NCBI GenBank assembly: GCA_950097015.1
Contig: CATNEN010000012.1
Location: 2,604,001 to 2,668,000 of the forward strand
Reading direction: 5' to 3'
Source of the DNA: Macrostomum hystrix
Taxonomy: Eukaryota; Animalia; Platyhelminthes
DNA: 64,000 nucleotides
Under the pieces are notes generated by a model. That model made no database searches, was not told the origin of the DNA, and was given only the letters and a program-made list of their open reading frames with translations. Made by a program: the position numbers and the translations under genes. Below, piece by piece: positions 25,701 through 38,843 of the stretch (position 1 is its first letter; every line of letters begins with the position of its first letter).

Positions 25701-28527
25701 TCATGGAATCTCACTGAATCAATATCATGGAATCTAACTGAATCAATATCATGGAATCTCACTGACTCAATATCATGGAATCTCACTGAATCAATATCAT
25801 GGAATCTCACTGAATCAATATCATGGAATCTCACTGACTCAATATCATGGAATCTCACTGAATCAATATCATGGAATCTCACTGACTCAATATCATGGAA
25901 TCTCACTGACTCAATATCATGGAATCTCACTGAATCAATATCATGGAATCTCACTGACTCAATATCATGGAATCTCACTGAATCAATATCATGGAATCTC
26001 ATTGAGTCAATATCATGGAATCTCACTGAATCAATATCATGGAATCTCATTGAATCAATATCATGGAATCTCACTGACTCAATATCATGGAATCTCACTG
26101 AATCAATATCATGGAATCTCACTGAATCAATATCATGGAATCTCATTGAATCAATATCATGGAATCTCACTGAATCAATATCATGGAATCTCATTGAATT
26201 AATATCATGGAATCTCACTGAATCAATATCATGGAATCTCACTGAATCAATATCATGGAATCTCACTGAATCAATATCATGGAATCTCATTGAATCAATA
26301 TCATGGAATCTCACTGACTCAATATCATGGAATCTAACTGAATCAATATCATGGAATCTCACTGAATCAATATCATGGAATCTCACTGAATCAATATCAT
26401 GGAATCTCATTGAATCAATATCATGGAATCTCACTGAATCAATATCATGGAATCTAACTGAATCAATATCATGGAATCTCACTGAATCAGTATCATGGAA
26501 TCTAACTGAATCAATATCATGGAATCTCACTGAATCAATATCATGGAATCTCACTAAATCAATATCATGGAATCTAACTGAATCAATATCATGGAATCTC
26601 ATTGAATTAATATCATGGAATCTCACTGACTCAATATCATGGAATCTCACTGAATCAATATCATGGAATCTCACTGACTCAATATCATGGAATCTCACTG
26701 ACTCAATATCATGGAATCTCACTGAATCAATATCATGGAATCTCATTGAATCAATATCATGGAATCTCACTGACTCAATATCATGGAATCTCACTGAATT
26801 AATATCATGGAATCTCACTGACTCAATATCATGGAATCTCACTGAATCAATATCATGGAATCTCACTGAATCAGTATCATGGAATCTCACTGACTCAATA
26901 TCATGGAATCTCACTGAATCAATATCATGGAATCTCACTGACTCAATATCATGGAATCTAACTGAATCAATATCATGGAATCTCACTGAATCAATATCAT
27001 GGAATCTAACTGAATCAATATCATGGAATCTCACTGAATCAATATCATGGAATCTAACTGAATCAATATCATGGAATCTAACTGAATCAATATCATGGAA
27101 TCTCACTGAATCAATATCATGGAATCTAACTGAATCAATATCATGGAATCTCACTGAATCAATATCATGGAATCTAACTGAATCAATATCATGGAATCTC
27201 ACTGACTCAATATCATGGAATCTCACTGAATCAATATCATGGAATCTCACTGAATCAATATCATGGAATCTCACTGACTCAATATCATGGAATCTCACTG
27301 AATCAATATCATGGAATCTCACTGAATCAATATCATGGAATCTCACTGACTCAATATCATGGAATCTCACTGAATCAATATCATGGAATCTAACTGAATC
27401 AATATCATGGAATCTCACTGAATCAATATCATGGAATCTAACTGAATCAATATCATGGAATCTCACTGACTCAATATCATGGAATCTCACTGAATTAATA
27501 TCATGGAATCTAACTGAATCAATATCATGGAATCTCACTGACTCAATATCATGGAATCTCACTGAATCAATATCATGGAATCTCACTGAATCAATATCAT
27601 GGAATCTCACTGAATCAATATCATGGAATCTCACTGACTCAATATCATGGAATCTCACTGACTCAATATCATGGAATCTCACTGACTCAATATCATGGAA
27701 TCTCACTGAATCAATATCATGGAATCTCACTGACTCAATATCATGGAATCTCACTGAATCAATATCATGGAATCTCACTGACTCAATATCATGGAATCTA
27801 ACTGAATCAATATCATGGAATCTCACTGAATCAATATCATGGAATCTAACTGAATCAATATCATGGAATCTCACTGAATCAATATCATGGAATCTCACTG
27901 AATCAATATCATGGAATCTAACTGAATCAATATCATGGAATCTCACTGAATCAATATCATGGAATCTAACTGAATCAATATCATGGAATCTCACTGAATC
28001 AATATCATGGAATCTAACTGAATCAATATCATGGAATCTCACTGACTCAATATCATGGAATCTCACTGAATCAATATCATGGAATCTCACTGAATCAATA
28101 TCATGGAATCTCACTGACTCAATATCATGGAATCTCACTGAATCAATATCATGGAATCTCACTGAATCAATATCATGGAATCTCACTGACTCAATATCAT
28201 GGAATCTCACTGAATCAATATCATGGAATCTAACTGAATCAATATCATGGAATCTCACTGAATCAATATCATGGAATCTAACTGAATCAATATCATGGAA
28301 TCTCACTGACTCAATATCATGGAATCTCACTGAATTAATATCATGGAATCTAACTGAATCAATATCATGGAATCTCACTGACTCAATATCATGGAATCTC
28401 ACTGAATCAATATCATGGAATCTCACTGAATCAATATCATGGAATCTCACTGAATCAATATCATGGAATCTCACTGACTCAATATCATGGAATCTCACTG
28501 AATCAATATCTTGGAATCTCACTGGAA
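19752..28527. repeat. 8.8-kb 24-bp satellite (GGAATCTCACTGAATCAATATCAT)n with higher-order structure
   Basis: About 365 units with about 10 recurrent variant units. Identical variant blocks recur at 840-bp and 1464-bp spacing. Confidence 0.98.
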
Positions 28528-30024
28528 TCGCATTTCAATCTATATGGTCTGTGAAGCGTCACTAGAGTATTTAGCGGAAAGCACAAGAGAATCTTCATGG
28601 AAAGTCACAAGTTTCACGCTGAATTCCTTCTGCAGTGCGCAGGACTCAGAATTCCATCTGCAACCATATGCAGTCGCCAACAGCAAAAATGACAGACAGA
28701 CAGACACAGACAGAAAAATGAAAAAGCAATTTTTAGCCTTCTTTGTGAGTCACTGCATGCCAACTCTCCATAAAGACAATGAAAAAACACAAACACGTGT
28801 CAAAATTGCTACAAAATGCCAAAAAGCTATAAATGTATATGTAGTGTTTTTTTATTCCAGCGTTTAGCCTCATTAGCAGCCTCATTAACTCTAATACAAT
28901 TGTGCTGTTATCCACTTGTCAGCTATTTCTGGTTCTTTTAGAACAGGAAACTAAAGTTTCCACACTGTTAATAGAAAAAAATTGCCATTGGCCCCAGACT
29001 CCTGTGTGGGGTAGGTTGTTAGCCAATCAGAATGCAGCTGAACGGCGCAGTGCATTTGGTGAAGCCACACACACACAAAATAAGACCCGACCCCCTCGTC
29101 GGAGACAGACACGAGACAGCGAAAGCGAAGGCTTGTTTAACTCTCACCTGTGCTGGTGTTGCATCTATGCAGTGAGAATTCTAAATCGCAGAGCTCGTTG
29201 GTGGCCCTACCGCAATTCAATCCGAGACCACCAGCCGCGTTGAGTTGAGAAGTATTGATTTAGTGAGAACATCTAGTTCTGGATACTCGAAGTATATTAC
29301 TCAGGAATTCTGGGAACCACTGGTGAGTTTCGGTTATTTTGTGAAATGGTGTCAAATCAAATAATAGTAACCAAATTTACCACCCAGTTGCCACATGAAA
29401 ATGCTATAAGCGATTGGATTCAGTGGTATTAAATTTTTAAGAGGAAAATGCAATTGGAATGTGTTTGAACAGGGGAATGCATGAGGTTCTCGCTTTCTCT
29501 CTCTTCCTGACTTTTTCTCGTTTCACTAAAAGCTAAAAAAATTTAGTGAAAGGGAAATTGTGAAAATATATCGAACCAAATGGGGGGTGGTGTGAGTGTT
29601 TGCTTTAACACCAGTGAGCTCACACGGCTAGTCTTTGCTGGTGTTTGCTCTGTAGCCCACAATGTCAACTCAATAGCTTCCAATTGAAATTCTCCCATAG
29701 AAAAATTCGCACTTTATTGAATTGCATTTTTCTCCTTAGGAGAGACTTGCAAATTAAAGAGCAGTGCAAGTCTTGAATTGCTAATGCCAGTAGAATCCCG
29801 TAGGCATCTCAAATATCCTAATGTTGTATCTTTCATGCCACTGTACACTTCGCTAGTCATGCAGAGACTGACAGAAATCACTGATCGCGTCATGGATAGC
29901 AGCAGAGCCGCTGACAGGTTTATAGACTCAATACTGTCGAGTCTGTAATTGTGTTAGTGTCTGTGTTAGCTCTGTGTTAGTTGGGCCTAAAGATGTTCAT
30001 GGTTTAAATTTTTTATCATGGATA

Positions 30025-31040
30025 TGGAGTGCCTGTCTGTGTGATAAAGAGTGAATTTATAAGTGATAGGGAGTGACGGTCTGAGTGATAAGGATTGACG
30101 GTCTGAGTGATAAGGAGTGCCTGTCTGTGTGATAAAGAGTGAATTTATGAGTGATAGGGAGTGACGGTCTGAGTGATAAGGATTGACGGTCTGAGTGATA
30201 AGGAGTGCCTGTCTGTGTGATAAAGAGTGAATTTATGAGTGATAGGGAGTGACGGTCTGAGTGATAAGGAGTGACGTTCTGAGTGATAAGGAGTGACGGT
30301 CTAAGTGATAAGGAGTGCCTGTCTGTGTGATAAAGAGTGAATTTATGAGTGATAGGGAGTGACGGTCTGAGTGATAAGGATTGACGGTCTGAGTGATAAG
30401 GAGTGACGGTCTAAGTGATAAGGAGTGCCTGTCTGTGTGATAAAGAGTGAATTTATGAGTGATAGGGAGTGACGGTCTGAGTGATAAGGATTGACGGTCT
30501 GAGTGATAAGGAGTGACGGTCTAAGTGATAAGGAGTGCCTGTCTGTGTGATAAAGAGTGAATTTATGAGTGATAGGGAGTGACGGTCTGAGTGATAAGGA
30601 TTGACGGTCTGAGTGATAAGGAGTGACGGTCTAAGTGATAAGGAGTGCCTGTCTGTGTGATAAAGAGTGAATTTATGAGTGATAGGGAGTGACGGTCTGA
30701 GTGATAAGGATTGACGGTCTGAGTGATAAGGAGTGACGGTCTAAGTGATAAGGAGTGACGTTCTGAGTGATAAGGAGTGACGGTCTAAGTGATAAGGAGT
30801 GCCTGTCTGTATGATAAAGAGTGAATTTATGAGTGATAGGGAGTGACGGTCTGAGTGATAGGGAGTGACGGTCTGAGTGATAAGGAGTGACGGTCTGAGT
30901 GATAAGGAGTGCCTGTCTGTGTGATAAAGAGTGAATTTATAAGTGATAAGGAGTGACGTTCTGAGTGATAAGGAGTGACGGTCTAAGTGATAAGGAGTGA
31001 CGTTCTGAGTGATAAGGAGTGACGGTCTGAGTGATAATGA
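30025..31040. repeat. 22-bp-based satellite, subfamily 1 (GAGTGACGGTCTGAGTGATAAG and derivatives)
   Basis: Tandem units organised in composite 88/110-bp blocks. Confidence 0.93.
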
Positions 31041-34000
31041 GTGCTGGCCTGTGTGACATGGAGTTCTGAACGGTGTGACATGGAGTGCTGGACCGTGTGA
31101 CATGGAGTGCTGGACCGTGTGACATGGAGAGTGCTGGCCTGTGTGACATGGAGCGTGCTGGCCTGTGTGACATGGAGAGTGCTGGCCTGTGTGACATGGA
31201 GAGTGCTGGCCTGTGTGACATGGAGAATGCTGGCCTGTGTGACATGGAGTGCTGGACCGTGTGACATGGAGTGCTGGACCGTGTGACATGGAGAGTGCTG
31301 GTCTGTGTGACATGGAGAGTGCTGGCCTGTGTGACATGGAGAATGCTGGCCTGTGTGACATGGAGAATGCTGGCCTGTGTGACATGGAGAATGCTGGCCT
31401 GTGTGACATGGAGAATGCTGGCCTGTGTGACATGGAGAATGCTGGCCTGTGTGACATGGAGAATGCTGGCCTGTGTGACATGGAGAATGCTGGCCTGTGT
31501 GACATGGAGTGCTGGACCGTGTGACATGGAGTGCTGGACCGTGTGACATGGAGAGTGCTGGTCTGTGTGACATGGAGAGTGCTGGCCTGTGTGACATGGA
31601 GAATGCTGGCCTGTGTGACATGGAGAATGCTGGCCTGTGTGACATGGAGAATGCTGGCCTGTGTGACATGGAGAGTGCTGGCCTGTGTGACATGGAGAAT
31701 GCTGGCCTGTGTGACATGGAGTGCTGGACCGTGTGACATGGAGTGCTGGACCGTGTGACATGGAGAGTGCTGGTCTGTGTGACATGGAGAGTGCTGGCCT
31801 GTGTGACATGGAGCGTGCTGGCCTGTGTGACATGGAGAGTGCTGGCCTGTGTGACATGGAGAGTGCTGGCCTGTGTGACATGGAGAATGCTGGCCTGTGT
31901 GACATGGAGAATGCTGGCCTGTGTGACATGGAGAATGCTGGCCTGTGTGACATGGAGAATGCTGGCCTGTGTGACATGGAGAATGCTGGCCTGTTTGACA
32001 TGGAGAATGCTGGCCTGTGTGACATGGAGAATGCTGGCCTGTGTGACATGGAGAATGCTGGCCTGTGTGACATGGAGAATGCTGGCCTGTGTGACATGGA
32101 GTTCTGGTCTGTGTGACATGGAGAGTGCTTGCCTGTGTGACATGGAGAGTGCTGGCCTGTGTGACATGGAGTTCTGGACGGTGTGACATGGAGTGCTTGC
32201 CTGTGTCACATGTAGAGTGCTGGCCTGTGTGACATGGAGTTCTGGACGGTGTGACATGGAGTGCTGGCCTGTGTGACATGGAGAGTGCTGGACCGTGTGA
32301 CATGGAGAGTGCTGGCCTGTGTGACATGGAGAGTGCTGGCCTGTGTGACATAAAGAGTGCTGGACCGTGTGACATGGAGTGCTGGTCTGTGTGACATAGA
32401 GAGTGCTGGACCGTGTGACATGGAGTGCTGGACCGTGTGACATGGAGTGCTGGACCGTGTGACATAGAGAGTGCTGGACCGTGTGACATAGAGAGTGCTG
32501 GACCGTGTGACATGGAGTGCTGGACCGTGTGACATGGAGAGTGCTGGACCGTGTGACATGGAGTGCTGGCCTGTGTGACATAGAGAGTGCTGGACCGTGT
32601 GACATGGAGTGCTGGCCTGTGTGACATGGAGTTCTGGACCGTGTGACATGGAGTGCTTGCCTGTGTCACATGTAGAGTGCTGGCCTGTGTGACATGGAGT
32701 TCTGGACGGTGTGACATGGAGTGCTGGCCTGTGTGACATGGAGAGTGCTGGACCGTGTGACATGGAGAGTGCTGGCCTGTGTGACATAAAGAGTGCTGGA
32801 CCGTGTGACATGGAGTGCTGGTCTGTGTGACATAGAGAGTGCTGGACCGTGTGACATGGAGTGCTGGACCGTGTGACATGGAGTGCTGGACCGTGTGACA
32901 TGGAGTGCTGGACCGTGTGACATAGAGAGTGCTGGACCGTGTGACATGGAGTGCTGGACCGTGTGACATGGAGTGCTGGTCTGTGTGACATAGAGAGTGC
33001 TGGACCGTGTGACATGGAGTGCTGGACCGTGTGACATAGAGAGTGCTGGACCGTGTGACATGGAGTGCTGGCCTGTGTGACATGGAGTTCTGGACCGTGT
33101 GACATGGAGTGCTTGCCCGTGTGACATGGAGTGCTGGACCGTGTGACATAGAGAGTGCTGGACCGTGTGGCATGGAGAGTTCTGCACCGTGTGGCATGGA
33201 GAGTGCTGGACCGTGTGACATGGAGAGTGCTGGACCGTGTGACATAGAGAGTGCTGGACCGTGTGACATGGAGTGCTGGACCGTGTGACATGGAGTGCTG
33301 GACCGTGTGACATAGAGAGTGCTGGACCGTGTGACATGGAGTGCTGGACCGTGTGACATGGAGTGCTGGACCGTGTGACATGGAGTGCTGGACCGTGTGA
33401 CATGGAGTGCTGGTCTGTGTGACATAGAGAGTGCTGGACCGTGTGACATGGAGTGCTGGCCTGTGTGACATGGAGTTCTGGACCGTGTGACATGGAGTGC
33501 TTGCCTGTGTCACATGTAGAGTGCTGGCCTGTGTGACATGGAGTTCTGGACGGTGTGACATGGAGTGCTGGCCTGTGTGACATGGAGAGTGCTGGACCGT
33601 GTGACATGGAGAGTGCTGGCCTGTGTGACATAAAGAGTGCTGGACCGTGTGACATGGAGTGCTGGTCTGTGTGACATAGAGAGTGCTGGACCGTGTGACA
33701 TGGAGTGCTGGACCGTGTGACATGGAGTGCTGGACCGTGTGACATGGAGTGCTGGACCGTGTGACATAGAGAGTGCTGGACCGTGTGACATGGAGTGCTG
33801 GACCGTGTGACATGGAGTGCTGGTCTGTGTGACATAGAGAGTGCTGGACCGTGTGACATGGAGTGCTGGACCGTGTGACATAGAGAGTGCTGGACCGTGT
33901 GACATGGAGTGCTGGCCTGTGTGACATGGAGTTCTGGACCGTGTGACATGGAGTGCTTGCCCGTGTGACATGGAGTGCTGGACCGTGTGACATAGAGAGT

Positions 34001-34875
34001 GCTGGACCGTGTGGCATGGAGAGTTCTGCACCGTGTGGCATGGAGAGTGCTGGACCGTGTGACATGGAGAGTGCTGGACCGTGTGACATGGAGAGTGCTG
34101 GACCGTGTGACATGGAGTGCTGGACCGTGTGACATGGAGTGCTGGACCGTGTGACATAGAGAGTGCTGGACCGTGTGACATGGAGAGTGCTGGACCGTGT
34201 GACATGGAGAGTGCTGGACCGTGTGACATGGAGAGTGCTGGACCGTGTGACATGGAGAGTGCTGGACCGTGTGACATGGAGTGCTGGACCGTGTGACATG
34301 GAGTGCTGGACCGTGTGACATGGAGTGCTGGACCGTGTGACATGGAGTGCTGGACCGTGTGACATGGAGTGCTGGTCTGTGTGACATAGAGAGTGCTGGA
34401 CCGTGTGACATGGAGTGCTGGACCGTGTGACATGGAGAGTGCTGGCCTGTGTGACATGGAGAGTGCTGGCCTGTGTGACATAGAGAGTGCTGGACCGTGT
34501 GACATGGAGTGCTGGCCTGTGTGACATGGAGTGCTGGACCGTGTGACATGGAGTGCTGGTCTGTGTGACATAGAGAGTGCTGTACCGTGTGACATGGAGT
34601 GCTGGACCGTGTGACATGGAGTGCTGGACCGTGTGACATGGAGTGCTGGCCTGTGTGACATGGAGTGCTGGCCTGTGTGACATAGAGAGTGCTGGACCGT
34701 GTGACATGGAGTGCTGGCCTGTGTGACATGGAGTGCTGGACCGTGTGACATGGAGTGCTGGACCGTGTGACATGGAGTTCTGGACCGTGTGACATGGAGT
34801 GCTTGCCCGTGTGACATGGAGTGCTGGCCCGTGTGACATGGAGTGCTGGCCCGTGTGACATGGAGTGCTGGACTG
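31040..34875. repeat. 22/24-bp satellite, subfamily 2 (GAGTGCTGG[AC/CCT]..GTGTGACATG[GA])
   Basis: About 165 tandem units; an 844-bp block duplication is marked by the GTCACATGTAG and GTGGCATGG variants. Confidence 0.95.
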
Positions 34876-35511
34876 TGTTTCGAATATTCTTATTCGAAAT
34901 GTTTAGATCGACACGCGGCAACTTGTTAGATATGGAGATAAGAACTGTCCCAGCGCTCTGCAATGCAGCTGTGTCGACTGACCGTCATCGAGACCACCCG
35001 AGACAGAACGAAAAGAAAAAATTGTCAATAAAAAGTGTCGCGCACAAAAATGCAGGATTTCTATATCATTGGCCGACGGAATTAACCTTATTGTGGGTCA
35101 GCTGCATAGATGGGGGGCCTTGAATTAGCGACCACGTTGCAATAAAACAGTCTAGAATGGACAGATAACGATCTACTTAAAAACAGACATGCGTATTTGA
35201 ATCCAGACACGACCATTTCATGTGTTGTAGAGAGAAATTTCGTTTTTTACACAGAATCGACTACGCTACAATGGAAAAATTGAGAATAAATGCTTGGTTT
35301 ATTATAGCTATGCAATTTTAGTCCGAAATCTTGTCTGCTGTTTATAAAAAATGGTTAAGTAACTTACTTTTCTTGAGAAAGTTTTTTCTTACGAATTGGA
35401 TACAAAGTCACGTTTCCTTTGCTTCGCCGACTGGGGAGTGAGGTTGCATGCATTGCAGCTTAGCAAACCCATTGTGAGTATCTAAACAGCTCGGGTTCGC
35501 CATTTGCTTGA

Positions 35512-35888
35512 CTGGGATTCCCTTCTGTTCTTCATTGGGATTCCCCTCTGTCCTTCATTGGGATTCCCCTCTGTCCTTCATTGGGATTCCCTTCTGTCCT
35601 TCATTGGGATTCCCTTCTGTCCTTCATTGGGATTCCCTTCTGTTCTTCATTGGGATTCCCCTCTGTCCTTCATTGGGATTCCCTTCTGTCCTTCATTGGG
35701 ATTCCCTTCTGTTCTTCATTGGGATTCCCTTCTGTCCTTCATTGGGATTCCCTTCTGTCCTTCATTAGGATTCCCTCCTGTCCTTCATTGGGATTCCCCT
35801 CTGTCCTTCATTGGGATTCCCTTCTGTCCTTCATTGGGATTCCCTTCTGTCCTTCATTGGGATTCCCTTCTGTCCTTCACTAGGATTC
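35512..35888. repeat. 23-bp minisatellite (CATTGGGATTCCCTTCTGTCCTT)n
   Basis: About 16 tandem units. Confidence 0.95.
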
Positions 35889-36435
35889 ATTAAAAAAATA
35901 CGAGTTGCATCAAAACACAGTACAACACTTGCCATTCTAAATTTTTCATGCATCCACTCCCTTGCCCACCCACACACTGCTAGCAGCAGTAATTACGCAT
36001 GCTCAACTTTAAGTCGAGCATGAGTTGCGTTTGTGAAAGCCTTAGAGGCAAATCCCTTTGCCGAGCTAAAACCTGACCCGACACTTTTAGGAAATTTGAA
36101 AACTTAGAGAAAGAGAATTGGGAATCAATACTGCAGGCTATTACTGTGTGACAAGTGTATGTCAATGAACCTGTCAATATAAAGAACCGCCCGCTGACAT
36201 TTTCTTGTTATTGAATCGGCAACTCGTTACGTAACACCTGCCGCCGGCACACTTGACTATTTTGTCCTGGCCTGTAATTTTCGATTCTTTAATAAATTTC
36301 ACAAAGGGTGCCGCTCAGCGAGATGTCAATATTGCTGTTGTACCGAAATTATTGAATGAGTAAGCCTGTTACTGTATTATTGCAGAATGGCGGAGCCTTT
36401 GAAACGGAAATTGCATTGATAAGAAAACCTTGCTG

Positions 36436-36464
36436 GATAGATAGATAGATAGATAGATAGATAG
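36436..36464. repeat. (GATA)n microsatellite
   Basis: Directly visible. Confidence 0.95.
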
Positions 36465-37197
36465 TTTTAGTTATAGTTGCATATTTGTACTAATACGAGA
36501 GGTCGATTTGAGACATCATTTTTCCCTCGGGTTTTTCAGCCAGGGCAAGTTGAGGAGAATATCCTGCATGGTGGGATATTTGATTCGATGGCTGGGTGGG
36601 AAGCAAACAATGGAAGCTTTGCTGAGCTGCCAAGGACAAAAGAGCTGGTGCAGGCAGTGAGGCGTCTTCCATTTGTTGCACGCTCCGCTTGAAGAGGCTG
36701 CTGAAAGCACAGAAAGTGGAATATCTTCTGGAGCAGCTTTGAAGTTGGAAAAAACTGGATGCACGAATTTGAGATCCGCTGCAAATAGTAAACAGTTTCT
36801 CTATTTTTCTTGAAAGTCTGCTTTTACAGAACGCTGCTCTGTGCAAACAGATGGGCCTCACTCAGAGCATAGCCGTATTGTAGGGAATGAGAGGTGGGAC
36901 TTGTGCCTCATAGTATCAGATGGGCTAGAAACTTATGCATGCTTTTGATTCCATTACAATTCCATTTCATGGTTTCTAATCCAGCTGAAATTCTAACAAT
37001 GATTGACACAAAACTTGAATCCACAATGAATCATCACGGTTAGGTGGCAACACAAAATATTATCTTTGCTGCTTTCACACTGGAAAGATGCGAACAGCTG
37101 AAATAAGTAGATCAGCGGCTGAAACACTTTCGGCCCTCGAATTCTAATATTAGGCACTCGCGGAAGAGGACCTGAAAAAGGTAGACAAGGAAACAAT

Positions 37198-38300
37198 GTT
37201 AGATAATCAGACAATGGTAGATAATTAGACAATGGTAGATAATCAGACAATGGTAGATAATTAGACAATCGTAGATAATCAGACAATGGTAGATAATCAA
37301 ACAATGGTAGATAATTAGACAATGGTAGATAATCAAACAATGGTAGATAATTAGACAATGGTAGATCATTAGTCAATGGTAGGTAATCAGACAATGGTAG
37401 ACAATTAGACAATGGTAGATAATGAGACAATGGTAGATAATCAAACAATGGTAGATAATTAGACAATGGTAGATAATTAGACAATGGTAGGTAATCAGAC
37501 AATGGTAGATAATCAGACAATGGTAGATAATCAAACCATGGTAGATAATCAAACAATGGTAGATAATTAGACAATGGTAGGTAATTAGACAATGGTAGGT
37601 AATTAGACAATGGTAGATAATTAGACAATGGTAGGTAATTAGACAATGGTAGATAATTAGACAATGGTAGGTAATTAGACAATGGTAGGTAATTAGACAA
37701 TGGTAGATAATTAGACAATGGTAGATAATTAGACAATGGTAGATAATTAGACAATGGTAGATAATTAGACAATGGTAGGTAATTAGACAATGGTAGATAA
37801 TTAGACAATGGTAAATAATCAGACAATGGTAGATAATTAGACAATGGTAGGTAATCAGACAATGGTAGATAATTAGACAATGGTAGATAATTAGACAATG
37901 GTAGATAATTAGACAATGGTAGGTAATTAGACAATGGTAGGTAATCAGACAATGGTAGATAATTAGACAATGGTAGATAATCAGACAATGGTAGATAATG
38001 AGACAATCGTAGATAATTAGACAAAGGTAGATAATCAGACAATGGTAGATAATGAGACAAGGGTAGATAATCAGACAATGGCAGATAATCAGACAATGGT
38101 AGATAATGAGACAATCGTAGATAATCAGACAATGGTAGATAATCAGACAATGGTAGATAATCAGACAATGGTAGATAATTAGACAATGGTAGATAATTAG
38201 ACAATGGTAAATAATCTGACAAAGGTAGATAATGAGACAATGGTAGATAATTAGACAATGGTAGGTAATTAGACAATGCTAGATTCGAGTAATTAGGCAA
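37198..38300. repeat. 18-bp minisatellite (AGACAATGGTAGATAATT)n
   Basis: About 60 tandem units; produces the YLPLSN repeat ORF. Confidence 0.95.
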
Positions 38301-38843
38301 TGGTAGTTGGTAGATTATCAGTGGTATATTATAAAATTTGAACAGGGCTAATTAGAAACGCGTTAATCTACGATAAGAATTCTGCTTTACAAGCTCCAGG
38401 TGCTATCTGGATTTTTATTTTTTTACGAAAAATCCGCCATTTTATGCACTTTTATTGCTTTCTCTTTTTAACGCGACACGAGTGTCAAAATAGAAGTGTA
38501 AGATTAAAAAAATCAAATATTGAGTGACTCCTACAAAAAATGTAATGCTGTCGGAAATTCCCCCCCCAATCTTCCAAATCGCCTTATGGTTTCCAGATGC
38601 TTCTAGTCTGGAATTTTCGAGAATAAAAGAAAGATGAGGCAGGCGCCCGTGATCCCACCAAAGTGTTTTGTTCCCAATTTCTCTTTCTCTTCTTTAATCG
38701 CCAGTCTGGGCGGGCAGGAAGTGTTGCCGCTATTAATTCTGGACAGCTCGGAGCATACAGAACTGTGTAATTTTCTATAGAATTTTTGTCCATTGAATTC
38801 CTGACGCGCCTACTCTCTTTCACTGACTTCCTGAGTCAGTGAG

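Noticed and set aside
30741-34963. Long ORFs of 386-902 aa (SHGPALHVTRSS-type)
   Set aside because: They are open in several frames and on both strands purely because of the 22/24-bp repeat, and contain no domain.
36993-38300. 435-aa YLPLSN ORF with a unique tail
   Set aside because: It is an 18-bp repeat translation. The unique tail and nearby ORFs at 36490-36861 show no recognisable motif, although an acceptor-like site near 37172 leaves an unannotated minus-strand transcript possible.
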